Shown: positions 1 to 11,203 of the stretch, piece by piece
Layout of the letters: the number at the start of each line of letters is the position of its first letter
Position numbering within the stretch: position 1 is the first letter of the stretch
NCBI GenBank assembly: GCA_009103225.1
Contig: RHPI01001715.1
Span: 454,099-518,098, forward strand
Direction: 5' to 3'
Origin: Chlorokybus atmophyticus
Lineage: Eukaryota > Plantae > Mesostigma and Chlorokybus algae
Length of the DNA stretch: 64,000 nucleotides
Translations under genes and position numbers: made by a program
Notes under the pieces: generated by a model
What the model was told of the DNA's origin: nothing
Seen by the model: the letters and a program-made list of their open reading frames with translations, nothing else
Database searches by the model: none

Positions 1-23
1 ATATATATATATATATATATATA
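1..23. repeat. (AT)n microsatellite at window start
   Basis: Pure AT dinucleotide run. Confidence 0.95.
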
Positions 24-527
24 CACATTAGGAGCGAGACCTTGTTGGTCTTGAACAGATCTTGTGTGTCAGGTCGAAGAGCAGCGAGTAGTATAAAGGC
101 ATGGCTACCACCTTGTGGTGGTAAAGAGTTACCGGCCTTACAAGACTACATGTGCCACACAGTGTGTGGGGTGCATGGATGAAGCTGTTCAAGTGCTCGC
201 CCATCCAACTCCCTTGTGGGTTGTTGCTAGGTGCAAGGTGCGTTGTGAAGTTCTCCTGCTTGTGTAGTAGTGTTTAACCCTCATCAGCAGGTAAGCGAGG
301 GGGTAATGTGATACTCGTGACTTCCAACGGATGGCTAGGAAGTTGAGTGATAGGGTTGGAACTCCAATGTATCAACTATGAGGGGTTCCTACAAGGACTA
401 TCTCAGAAGTGGTAAGTGGTAGGTAAAAGCGGATGCTAATAGCGCGGGGAAGTAGGACAGGTCGAAGGGGATTGGGATGCCGTTAGCCCTGGATGCAGGC
501 TGAATGTAGCACATGGCGCCTGCAGTG

Positions 528-950
528 CGTGCCGTTCACGGCACAAGCAGTCAACTTCTTCGGCGCAGACGGCACAACCAGGCTGTGCCGTCGGGACTTC
601 CTGGTAGAAAAAGCCGTCCGCGGTCGGTACGCAGACTGCAGTCTTGTGCCGGCGTCGGCGCCTTTGCTCCCTTGTGCCATTGACGGCACAAGACAGTCTA
701 AGCTGAAGTCGGCACAACAGAGCTGGTGCCGTGATCGATACAAGGTTCCACATCCCGATCACGGCACGAGACCAGCGATCCGTCGACGGTTTGCCAATCA
801 TTGTGCCGCTACCGGTGCAGAAAACTTATGCCGAGAGCGGCACAGTAGACTTGTACCGTAGCAAAGCAGCAGCCTTCTCTCCTCCTGCGCTGTGACCGCC
901 AGCGGATTACAACAGTGGCTTGAGCCGAGAACGGCACAACACCCTCGTAC
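528..950. repeat. Left subterminal array of TGTGCCG/CGGCACA motifs (element A)
   Basis: More than 10 direct and inverted copies of the heptamer, typical of CACTA subterminal binding arrays. Confidence 0.8.
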
Positions 951-1684
951 CGACCAGCAGCCTTGGAGCTGAGCTGAGCTGGGTCGGAGCTCGAGCTGAG
1001 CTGCATGCTTGGAGGAAGAGAAGGACGCGGCGGCGCGAGCTGCTGCAGCTGGTTTACTTGGAGAAGCCAGTGACGTGAGCTACTGCTGCTGCTGCTGTTG
1101 AGCTGCTTATGAGAATAAGCTGCTTTTACCAAGAAGCGGATCTGGCAGAAATCGCACAGCAGCTGGAGCTGAGCTGCGGCAGGCTGGATGAAGCTGTGTC
1201 CGGATTCTTGGGTTCTTGAGGACGGTGGCTGAGCTGCTGCTGCTGTTGAACTGAGCTGCTGCTGCGGAGCGGAGCTACTGCTGCTGCGAAGCGGAAGTGC
1301 TGCTGCTGCAAAGCGGAAGTGCTGCTGCTGCGGAGCAAAACTGCTGCTGCTGCGGAGCGGAGCTGCTAACAAGCTGCTGGGGAGAAGGAGCTATTTCTGC
1401 TCACGAGCTCTTGCTGGTAAGGCCTATGCTAGCTTGTTGCTTGATTTGCTCTGTCAGTGAGGCTTGGTCGAGAGTGTCTCCCTTACAGTCTATTAGCTTG
1501 CTGCTGGGCGTCTTGCATGCAGTCTCACTTGTTCATGGTGAATGCTTGTAGTTGCTCCGTTTTCGTCTGATAAATCCAAGATATCAGTGACCGCTGCTGC
1601 CAACTATTAGCCCCCAAGTTGTCCGTCATATGCTGTCACTGTTAGCAGTATTCAAGTCCGACTTACACGCGATCATCTGCAGCC

Positions 1685-3800
1685 ATGGCAGGACGCATTG
1701 TTCAGCAATCTGCTGTTCTGCGCGAGCATGAGCAGTTTGATAAAACGCTTGCACTAATCAAGCATGCTGGTGGGAAGCCACGCAAAGCCAGTGTACGTGC
1801 TAAACGGTCACTGCTTAAAGAGATGAGGGCCGCCCAGCAAGCGCGTCCAACAAACATCAGCCCGCACCTCACTGGAGGAGGAGGTGATTTGCAGCTGCCT
1901 GCACCTGCGTCTGCCTTGGAGCATGAGCCTGCACCTGCGTCTGCCTTGGAGCCCGAACCTGCACCTGCGTCTGCCTTGGAGCTCGAGCCTATGCCTGAAG
2001 ATCAACCACACCTGTCCAACCAGCAGACAGCAGAACAATCTTCTCCAGAGATGCCGGACTTTGGAGCCGCCGAGCAATCTGATCATTCTGGCAACCAAGA
2101 GTCTAAGCCTGAGCAGCCCCCAACCTTCAGTCGCGACCTTTGCCTCTGCTCCAAGTGCAAAGGCTTGGTAAGTTGCTTCACACATGCGCAACGTCTTCAT
2201 GTCCTTACACAAGCTCATCTGCCTGTTCTATTGCCACTCCCGCTTCAATGGCTGTATCGAAGACACCCTCAGACTGGCAGACAGCTTACTGCGCTACTGG
2301 CGTATCAACTCAGAAGAATGCTTTGGCCACAACTTGAGACCTTTAAAGCAGGCTGCTGGAGCAGGTCATCTGCTGGACGATATCTTCCGCCACGGCAGCC
2401 ATGATGTGTCCTGGTGCTACGTCTTCGAGCGCGCTGTCTCAGATCACTTGGAGACCAGCACCAACAACAAAGAGTATGAGTTCAGCTACATACGTCGACA
2501 CGTACGCTTGTGGTACGAGCGGCTGCTTACTGTCTTGCGCGAAGACCAGCGCACGGGCATGGTCTTTGCAACACGCATACAGTTGCAGTTGCGGTCCCAT
2601 CGCGTGTCCAGCGGTGTTGGAGGTTTCTGGTACGAAGCGCCCAGCCAAAGCAAGGCTTTGGAACTCTGGAAGAAGGCTAAGACGTGTCCACACCGGTCTG
2701 AGTCACAAGACATTCTTGCTCGAGGCATACTTATTGGCCAGCTGCCAGGTCAACCCACACCACTAAGCTCAGAGCGGTTTGAGATAGTCAGCAGGCACAT
2801 CAGAGCAGATGCTAGGCATCTCGTGCAGAATATGGCTTACCACTACAAGGCTGTGCTGCTTAATGGTGAGATTCACAGGTTAGATTGCTTGCTATTGTTG
2901 TCGTCACACGTGCTGTTGTGCTTATTGTCTGACTGCTATAAAGCTTTGTGTTCTACTGTGCAGAACAGAGTCGCCCCTAGGCATTGATAACGTTGTAACG
3001 GACGACCACAGTTACATTGCTGTGAAGCAAGTATTTTTGCATATCTACAAGAAGAAGCCTCAAGTCTTCATTGCTGGTCGCCAATACGTCATGTACACAG
3101 ACACAGCTGGTGCCTTGTACCGTGACCTTGACACAAGGTCGGCCCTGGTGAAGGCTTTGAGCTCCGACGAAGTATGTACTCCAGCTGACAGACTCCTGCG
3201 AGAGTTCATGCTGCTGCTCAGTTGGCAGACCAAAGCTGGTTCCAAGGCTGACAGAGCATGCAACTAGCATATGATCTGCAGAACCCTGACCTGCATGTCA
3301 AGGCCGGCGATGTTGATGTCCCCATCTGGCCTAAAGTCGGCGAGGTGGTGCAAATACGCGATCAAGCCAAGTCCGTTTGGGACTTGAAGTTGCCCACAGA
3401 ACCTATAAACGAGTTCTGCATGGAGTTGCAGGAGCAACTCAACGACAGCAATGCACGCGCAACCGAGCAGCCACGTCGCAGTAAGAGAGCAAACACGCGC
3501 AAGGCACCTGCCGTGGATGATGACTCACAAGAAGACGCCTGCGACGAGGATGATCCCGGACCTTGGTATGCTGTGGTTAGGAACATATCAGAGGAGGACA
3601 AGCAGGTTGAGGTCAATTACCTTGCACGCATCGCGCCCGGTGTCTGGAGGGTGAACAACAACCACACTGGCGAAGTTGTCGGGAGGCTTACCTTGCGCAA
3701 GCTCATGCATTGGGTCAAGCTTGATCATGATACTTGGCGCGAGCAGGGCCGGTCCTACCCTCACATCAGCAAGTTTCGCAACTACCATGTGTACGGGTGA
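1685..3800 (+). pseudogene. CACTA/EnSpm-type transposase, N-terminus fused to C-terminus (catalytic core deleted)
   Basis: N-terminal ORF 1685- ends in CLCSKCKGL plus a GT donor. ORF 2184-2987 contains HLLDDIFRHGSHDVSWCYVFER, matching the H..GP...W.F.FER (DUF4218-like) motif. Downstream ORFs end in a PWYAVV..I..QVEVNYL BAH/Tudor-like segment. The sequence diverges from copy A' at ~2179. Confidence 0.75.
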
Positions 3801-3923
3801 TTAAGGTGAGCTGTGCCTTGGCATGCAGTCTGGTATTAAGCAGAAAAGGGCTTGTATATATGTACAGCATCATCACTGTAAGTCGCTCCTAAGCCACGCA
3901 AACTGCACATAACTAACACCAAA

Positions 3924-6871
3924 CTAGTGCGTGTAGCAGCGTGGAGGACCACCTCGTCGTCTCGTTGGAGGTTCAGCTTCTTGTCCGCCAGTGGACTCTG
4001 CTGAAGATCCATGCATGACCAGCGAGAAGCCCCTAGCTCTACCTCTGTGCCCATGTCTACGTGGAGCAGAAGGCAGCAGAGCAGGACGAGCAGCTGGAGG
4101 TGTAGTATCCTCGGGAATCGCAGGCAAAGGCATGGCTCCTCTACCTCCAGGCAGCAGAGCGGGAATAGCAATGAGAGGTGAAGAAGGCATTGGAACTGCT
4201 TCCAATGCTTGAGGCACAACGTAGGTTGGAGACACTTGCAACCTATTGAGCTGTGCGCGGTAAGCTGTGATCTCTCTCTCTCGCTCTTGAAGCTGTGCCC
4301 TGTACCTCCTGATCTGCCTGTTACGCTCCTCTACCTATTCCCTGATTAACTCCGACATGTTGCTCCGCCAGGCCTGCAACGTCCTGATCTGCCTGACACG
4401 CTCCTGGTACCTCTGTTGCAGATCTGACATTTGCCTCATGAGGTCAATGTCTTGAACTGGGTTTTGTGGGGGTGCTGGCACTATCTGCTGCTGCTGCTGC
4501 AACTGCTGCTACGCCAAATACTCCTCTAGCGCGAGGAATGCGTTTCCCGGGGGAACCCCCAACACCTCCTCCTCCTCCTGCTCCTCATCCTCGCCGGCTT
4601 CTGCAACCACAGCAACCGATCACCTTTCACAAGCTTACAAAGCAGGTAATCTCCATCTTTTGAGCTAATCTTACAAGACCTACCCTCCATATGTTCTTGG
4701 AATTCGAATTCTTTCTCTTGCTAACACACATAAACAAGCTCAGTCTCTGCTACAGTCTCTCTTGCAGTCTCACACATTCACTGATAAAAACTTATTAGCA
4801 GTAGCTGTCGTGGCAGCGGGAGCGGGAGCGGGAGCTGTCGTGGCAGCGGGAGCGGGTTCTTTCTCCTCGTCCTCGTCACTGGAAGCTTGTTCTTCCTGCT
4901 CTTGTTCTTCCGACTCAGTTAAAGTAGCGGAAGGTGAAGGCTGTGAGGTCCCCGCAGCATAATCTGAAGGCTGTGGGGCCACGGTCACCCCTAATAGCGC
5001 AGCCTCCTGCTGTAGCCGTAACAGCGCCTCCTCCCTCTATTTTCTCCTCCTGCTCCCTCCTCTTTCTCGTCTCCTCCTCCAGCCTCCTCTTCCGCTCCTC
5101 CGCCTGCTGCTCCTTTTCTTCCTCTTCATCCTCCGGCGTCTTCAAGACGAACCCTAAGCGCGCAGCCTCCTGTTGTTGCCGTGCGACCGCCTCCTGTCTC
5201 TTCCTCTCCTCCTCCTCCTTCCTCTTCCTCTCCTCCTCCTCCTCCTCCTGCCTCTTCCTTTCTGCCTCCTCCTTCTGCCTCCTCCTCTCCTCCTCCAACT
5301 CCTGCTGGCTCTTCGCCTCCACCTCCATCGCCTCGGGTCCCGGCAGAGAATGGAAGCTACTTGTTGAAGCTTGTTGAAGACCACCCGCGAGCATCCGCCT
5401 GATCTCCAAGAGGTGCTGCTCGTTGATCTTTACGGTGTTATGGGTCTCGCGCAGCAGATCTGAGGGAGTGTTTGCCTCTTTGCGTAATCTGTCCTCCAGC
5501 ACCTTGCGCTCTTTCTCCAGCTTTTCGCGTGCAGTGCGCAGCTCCTTGTGCTCCCTGGCAGCTTCTTTCAAAAGAGCCTTGGCTGTTGCCTGCAAGCACA
5601 TACAACTCAAGGTGAGTGTACCAGTCAGTGTATCCCCTGCAGAATGCACAAAGAGTAAACACACCAAAGACCTTGTCCAAGTCTAGCTGTTTTCTTTCAG
5701 TCTTCAAGATTTCACGACAAGAATTCATGTTGTCAACAACAGTCAGCGAGTGTGATCTCTCCGTTTGGATGGTGTTCCGCAATTGTTGCAAGCTCTGTTT
5801 TTCCTCAGCTGCAAGGTCTAGCATTCTCTCCACGCGTTTAGACACTAAAGACATCTTCTTGAAAGCCTGTGCCATTCGTAATTGTGCACCAATGAAGCGC
5901 AAACTGAAGCAATCAAGACCACGTTGTGGACTTACCTCGTTCAAGTTGTCACAAGCTCCTCGGTGGCCAGCACCATGTCGCAGGTAGGGTGTGCCAGTTT
6001 TGTGGGCTTGACATGCGCCTGCAAGGCAGACGCATTCAGTCAGTCAGTGTGCATCCGTCAGACCCTACATCCACAAGCTTGGCTGCATGTAGCTGCTTGC
6101 TTACACTTCCAGACCGCGTTGCTTCGGTAGACTTTGCTGGCGTTTTGTGGAACTGAAGGCTGGCCGTTCTTCTTGGAGGATGATGCTTGTCTTGGCTTTT
6201 TTGCTGGGGTCTCAGCTGCTGGTGGTTCCTCCTCCTCTGATTGCTCCTCATCCGACACCTCCTGCTTCTCCTCCTGCTCCTCCTCCTTCCCCTTGTCCTT
6301 CTGCTCTGATGCAGCTGGATTGGGAGGATGCATGTACACCGATTTGTGCCCGGTTGAAGTCTTCTCCAGCTTCCAACCTTTCGGGGGGCCGCTAGGTCCC
6401 CAATCTTCCAGTTTTGCCAAGTGCTCACCGTCCTGTATGGGTAGTTACTTCAGCTTTAAAGATACATAAACAGACAGAGATGCATACACAGACATTGATA
6501 CATACAGCTAGCAGCAGCATACCTACAGCAGCAGCATACATACAGATAGCAGCTTGGACACAGACAATAAAACATGCAAAAATGCAACTATGCAAGCATG
6601 AACCAAGCAAGCTCACATTTATCTGCTGCACAACTTGGTCGGTGAGCTGCTGCAACTCGGAGCCGTGAGGGAGCTTCTCCTTGGGCGTTGCTCCTGGCAG
6701 TTTCTCAAACTGTTCAGGGCCCACACGAATCTTGGTGCAGGTGAGGGAGCCAATGTGCTGCTTGACCTTGCTGACAACGGACCTCTGCAACAAGACTTGA
6801 CAATATTTGCAGCGCCAAGGCTGCTCTGCACCAGACTGCCAGTATGCACTAGCCTCTGCCTTGCCCTTCAT
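3924..6871 (-). pseudogene. Multi-exon TnpA-like accessory gene of element A (CCHC/BED-like finger, MBD-like motif, coiled coil, E/K/R-rich tract)
   Basis: ATG at 6871 (MKGKAEASAYW). WRCKYCQ...KVKQHIGSLTC finger. Donor at 6616 and acceptor at 6433 lead into GPPKGWKLEKTSTGHKSVYMHPP. Later exons are coiled-coil and acidic/basic; at least one in-frame stop. Confidence 0.6.
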
Positions 6872-7004
6872 GCTTGCTATGCTCAATACGCTGCAACAGC
6901 TCAACGCTTCACAAACCGAGGCCACCAAGCACGCCGCCGCCACACACAGGAATAGCCGTTGTATGTCCTATGTATGCTGCTGTGGCTATGTATTACTCTG
7001 GAGT

Positions 7005-7034
7005 CCTAACCCTAACCCTAACCCTAACCCTAAC
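7005..7034. repeat. Interstitial telomeric repeat (CCCTAA)x5
   Basis: Five perfect CCTAAC units. Confidence 0.9.
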
Positions 7035-7270
7035 TTGCGCGCAGCTGACTTCTGCACAGTAAGGCTCCGAAGACGCACAGCTGTCCGCAGTGCTTCGGCG
7101 GCGGCGGTGGCGGCGGCGGAGGTGGCGGGAGTGAAAGTGGTGGCGGGAGTGAAATCGGTGGTTGACTGTTTTGCGTCTTGGCGTTTTCGGGCCTACTTGC
7201 TAGGTTGCGGTGCTGGAAGCTGATTATAGCTGCTACCAAGCTGCAAGGTTGTGTGCTGCTCTCAAGCACA

Positions 7271-9690
7271 ATGTCAGTGTATAGGATGAGCGTTGAGCTT
7301 ATCTCCAAATGGGTAGCTAAATTGTTGAGAGGGGTTCCAAGTGCACAAGCAATAGCGAAGAAATTTAAGGAGGAAGAGATTGATGGAGAAGCTTACTACA
7401 GCCTCTCAGCAGAAATTCTTGCATAGATCACACCTAGGCTGAGCATTGCTTCGCGGATCCTTGAAGACGTGCAGAAGTTAAATAGGGATGAGCCGAGGTT
7501 GCAAGCTGAAGATGAAGAGGAGCAAGACGAGGCAGGAGCACAACCTGGGGACACAGGTGTGCTTGGTTTCAACTAGTCTGCTGCCAAGCTGCTGGTGCAA
7601 CTTAATTGCTTCTGCAGCTGAAGCTCTGCTTGCTCATTGGTATGCTTTGGTTTGCAGCTTCAGTCAAGCTGAAGCTACAACTCAATTGAACCTGCGGCTT
7701 GGCTGAAGCTGCAGCTTGAGTAAAAGCTGCATATCGGCTTTCTGCCAAGCAGAGCCTCGGCCAAGCCGCAGCTGCAGTTTAGCTGAAGTGGTAGGGTGGG
7801 TGAAGCTCTACTTGTTTTGCTGTATTTTGTACGCTTCGGTCTGCAGCTTCAGTCAAGCAATAGCGTTAGACAAGCCGCAACTGCAACATAGCAAAAGCTG
7901 CAGCTTCGCTGAAGCTCTGCTTGCTTTGCTCTCTTTGGCAAGAGCCATGCGCTGACTATTGGCCTTGTGCGCAGGAGCTGTTGATGAAGTTAACTGCGAA
8001 GACGAGTCAGAGGCAGTCAAGAAGGCAAAGCTGGAGGAAAAGTGCTTTGCCCCTATCGCTGATAAGCCTTGGGGACTAGAGCAAAATGGGCAAGCTTACT
8101 TGAAGAAGAAGGACGAGACACAGTGGAGAATACAGGAGGACAACCGCAAGCTTCTAAAGGAGAAGCTGTGGGCCAAGTTCCCAGACCACTGTGTTGGCAG
8201 GAGCTTCAATCGGGCCGGCCCAGATTATGACATGAGGGAGGAGGTGGTGGCGGATGTAATGCAGAATCACACTCCGCTGTAGATCAATGGACAGACATTG
8301 CGCTGGCCTGCAAGTAAGTAGTCTGCGTCTGCCTATGTGCATGTGCGTCTATATGCCAGCTGCCACCTGCCAGATGTCTTGTGCTTCCTGCAGAATGGCT
8401 GCTCACTGCCTCTTGTTTGCAGAATGGATTCGTGAGCAAATCCGCCGGTTTGTGGATAATGCAAGACGGGGCCATCCATTAACGCCAGGCGAAATGGTAG
8501 GCTTGACCCGTGAGCAGCGCAAGGAGAAGATGCGCGCTGCACGCGCTGAGAAGCGCGCTGACGCAGAGGAGCCAGCTCCACGCCGCTCGTGCACAGACTA
8601 CGGGCTTGGCCCACATTTCACCGCTGCAGACTTTCCCTCCGGCAAAAATGCTGTGCTGCTTGCCTTGTTGACTGCTGAGCCGCCTTCTCAAGCGCAGCTG
8701 CGTGAGGACTGGGTGGCTTTCAGGTACGCCATTTATCCTCTTGCGCAAGGCTTTGCACCCGCACTCGTAAGGAATTCAAATGCGGCTGGTGCTGCAGACC
8801 CGCAGGAGATGCTGCAAGCACCAGCGGCAGCAGCAGCCGCAGGATTGTGGCTGTTGGGCGCGGTCAAGTACTGGAGGTGCTTGAGAAAGAGACTCCTTGG
8901 CGCAGCTACAAAGTGAAGGTGCTGGAGTTGTACAACGCCAAGGGTATCGGTGATCAACGCGTCTACATGCCAGTACGTGACATGGACGGGTATGCTGGCC
9001 AACTGACCGGGGACGAGCACTTGTGCAGCAATATCTTGGTGAGCGTAGTAGAGCGTGTGCTGCGGCACAGCACATTGCAAGCGTAACTGCAAGGAAGACT
9101 ATATGTGTGACATGCACTAATGCGGCTGCTTGAGTGATGCAGGGACGCAGCTGTGCTTGGCCTGCATCCTTGGTAGCCCCGTCTGCAGTCTGCCCTTGCT
9201 CAGACTGCTCTTTAGGCGACCGCATTGTAGAAATCACCCCAAGATGCGTTCGCGCGCTCGTGGTTGACAAGCGCGTGCAGCCAGAAGACTAGCATGACAT
9301 CAATCAGAGGGTAAAAACGTTGCAGTGGGTTGTAACGTGTGCAGCATGCTTGCATGATGCACACTTGTAACAATTCTTGCTTGGAGATCAATCGTTGCTC
9401 TGACCACCTCATGCACTTGGCTGGCATCTGCTGCAATACCTTTTGCGCCAATGTTCCCAACCGCGAGAGCTTGCTGAAGGTGTACACTTCCTGGAGGGGG
9501 ACATACGGGGCGCAGATTGGGAGGCTGCCGAAGGAGGACCATCTGCTTGCAAAGTTCACTGACTCGCAGATCGGTCTCATGCTTGTTACATTTGCAGTCA
9601 ACAAGCGCTGGCTGGTACAGGATGACTCTGGAGAAGCACGCTATGGCTGGCACTGGAATAGTCAAGCCACGCGACAACCCGGTCCATAAT
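7271..9690 (+). pseudogene. Third gene of element A: SAM-domain N-terminus plus unknown multi-exon region
   Basis: ISKWVAKLL...IAKKFKEEEIDGEAYYSLSAEILA*ITPRLSIASRILEDVQKL matches the SAM consensus F..EEIDG.aL..L..e.L. Intron 8312-8422 (GTAAGT...CAG). Several stops. Confidence 0.55.
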
Positions 9691-10029
9691 TGGGTACCAA
9701 GCTGAAGACCTTCGCTCATCTTTCTTGCAGCAACCAGTCTAGCTTCCATGCAGCTTCCTTGCAGCCGTCAGTCTAGCTTCATGCTAAAAGTCTGACTTCT
9801 TGCTAGCAGTTTAGCTTGCTACCAGCAGTTTAGCTTCTTAGCTTCCTGGTAGCAGTTAGCTTCTTGCAAACAATTGGAGCCTATTGTAGTACTAATTAAG
9901 AGTACATGGTACAATGTAAACTCCAAATGAGGTTAAGTTTACTTTGCCAGGAAAACTACCTACAATTTGCCTGCATATGCCTGCTATATTGTGCTGCTAT
10001 ATTTGGAATAGAGATGGCTGGGCCGTTAT

Positions 10030-10545
10030 CGGCATGACTGCTGGTCCACCGAGGTCGACACACAAGGAGCTGTGCCGTCAACGGCACGACTGCTGCTGCT
10101 GCTGTGCCGAAGTTGGCAGAAGTGCTACTGTGCCGAAGACGACAGAAGCGCTGCTGTGCCGAAGTCGGCAGAAGTGCTATTGTGCCGAAAACGGCAGGAT
10201 CATTGCTGTGCCGAAGACGGTAGGATCGCTGCTGTGCCGAAGTCGGCAGAAGTGCTATTGTGCCGAAACCGGCATAAGCGCTGCTGTGCCGAAGACGGTG
10301 GGGTCGCAGCTGTGCGGAAGACGGCAGAAGCGCTGCTTTGCCGAAGACGTTAGAGGTACTGCTGTGCCGAGGTCGGCCCAACGCAGTTTGCCCCGTCAGC
10401 GGCAGTAACCAGCTTGTGCCGGCTGACAGATGGTGACTTACGATCCTCTGCCGGCACAAAGCGACTTGTGCCGTCTTGGGAAAAGAACTACTCGCAGAAC
10501 TCGAAGGCAGGTACCGCTGACGGCACAACTGGCTTGTGCCGAGAA
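10030..10545. repeat. Right subterminal tandem array (CTGCTGTGCCGAAG core) of element A
   Basis: Many near-tandem copies of GCTGTGCCGAAG.CGGCAGAA just inside the right TIR. Confidence 0.85.
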
Positions 10546-10573
10546 CGGATTCTGCTGCAGGCGCCGTGTGTGG

Positions 10574-10850
10574 GCATACAAGAAAAGGATGAGCCCTCCT
10601 GGATGGTTAGCATGACAGACTTGAGCTGAGCACGATAGCCCTGCTCATGCTTGGACAAGCGCACGACTCCCCGCACAGGGATCTTATGTTTAAATAGGCC
10701 ACAACCGTGTCATTACACTTGGTGACACGAATGCCTAGTCGCCGCACAAGAGACTCACTCACAAAGTTCTCAAGCGTGCACGTGTCTATTATAAAGATAC
10801 ACGGTGCATGCACAATAGACGCCTTCAACAACCAAGTTAAGTTCAACGAA
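10574..10850 (-). pseudogene. Ty3/gypsy aspartic protease remnant (gypsy-0), cut at its C-terminal end by element A
   Basis: CIFIIDTCTLENFVSESLVRRLGI resembles LIDSGAT.NFIS..LV..LGL. SSFSCMP at the insertion point corresponds to the ILGMP motif. Confidence 0.65.
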
Positions 10851-10953
10851 CTTACTTGGTGGTAAGAGGGTCGTAAAACACACGAACATCCTCCTTACCT
10901 AGCTTGACCTCACCTAAGACCAGCATGCCTTCTATGAAGCGAGACCGTGGCTC

Positions 10954-11203
10954 TTAGTATTGGGGTATCACATTGCATACACTTGTGGTGTGCGCACTCT
11001 TCCTCTTGTATGCAACATAGTGCTTAAGCATGTTGAGCATCTCGTCAATAGGTGCATTGAGCAAAACATGTTTGCCCGCGCAATCATCTTGCATAAACTG
11101 AGGATCCACACGGATTCCCAACTCATTCTTCCACACAGCGACATTGCATGATTGGGGAAGGCGTGACATCAAGTCACTATAAGCACACGGCTGCTTATCA
11201 ATG
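10954..11203 (-). pseudogene. Dam-like (N6-adenine MTase-like) domain of gypsy-0, C-terminal part
   Basis: FMQDDCAGKHVLLNAPIDEMLNMLKHYVAYKRKSAHTTSVCNVIPQY resembles the W.NPPF...vL......vvP.W signature of phage/DIRS Dam domains. It lies directly upstream of the protease. Confidence 0.6.

Larger units (their letters stand above)
510..10570 (+). mobile_element. CMC/EnSpm(CACTA)-like DNA transposon, copy A (~10.1 kb, internally deleted)
   Basis: 16-bp TIRs CACATGGCGCCTGCAG (510-525) and CTGCAGGCGCCGTGTG (10555-10570), 1 mismatch. Flanks are TAG/TGG (imperfect 3-bp TSD). TGTGCCG/CGGCACA subterminal repeats occur at both ends, and a CACTA-type transposase fragment lies inside. Confidence 0.85.

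Noticed and set aside
28-509. Recognisable RT sequence continuing gypsy-0
   Set aside because: The frame joins plausibly to the protease across element A, but no RT motif could be read, so no feature was called.
809-1551. Ala/Ser/Gln-rich ORFs (also 22843-23191)
   Set aside because: They arise from GCT/GAGCT low-complexity repeats in the transposon 5' region; no coding signature.
10030-10400. CRISPR-like appearance of the repeat arrays here and at 42921-43258
   Set aside because: No unique spacers of constant length and no cas genes; eukaryotic context; explained as subterminal/tandem repeats.
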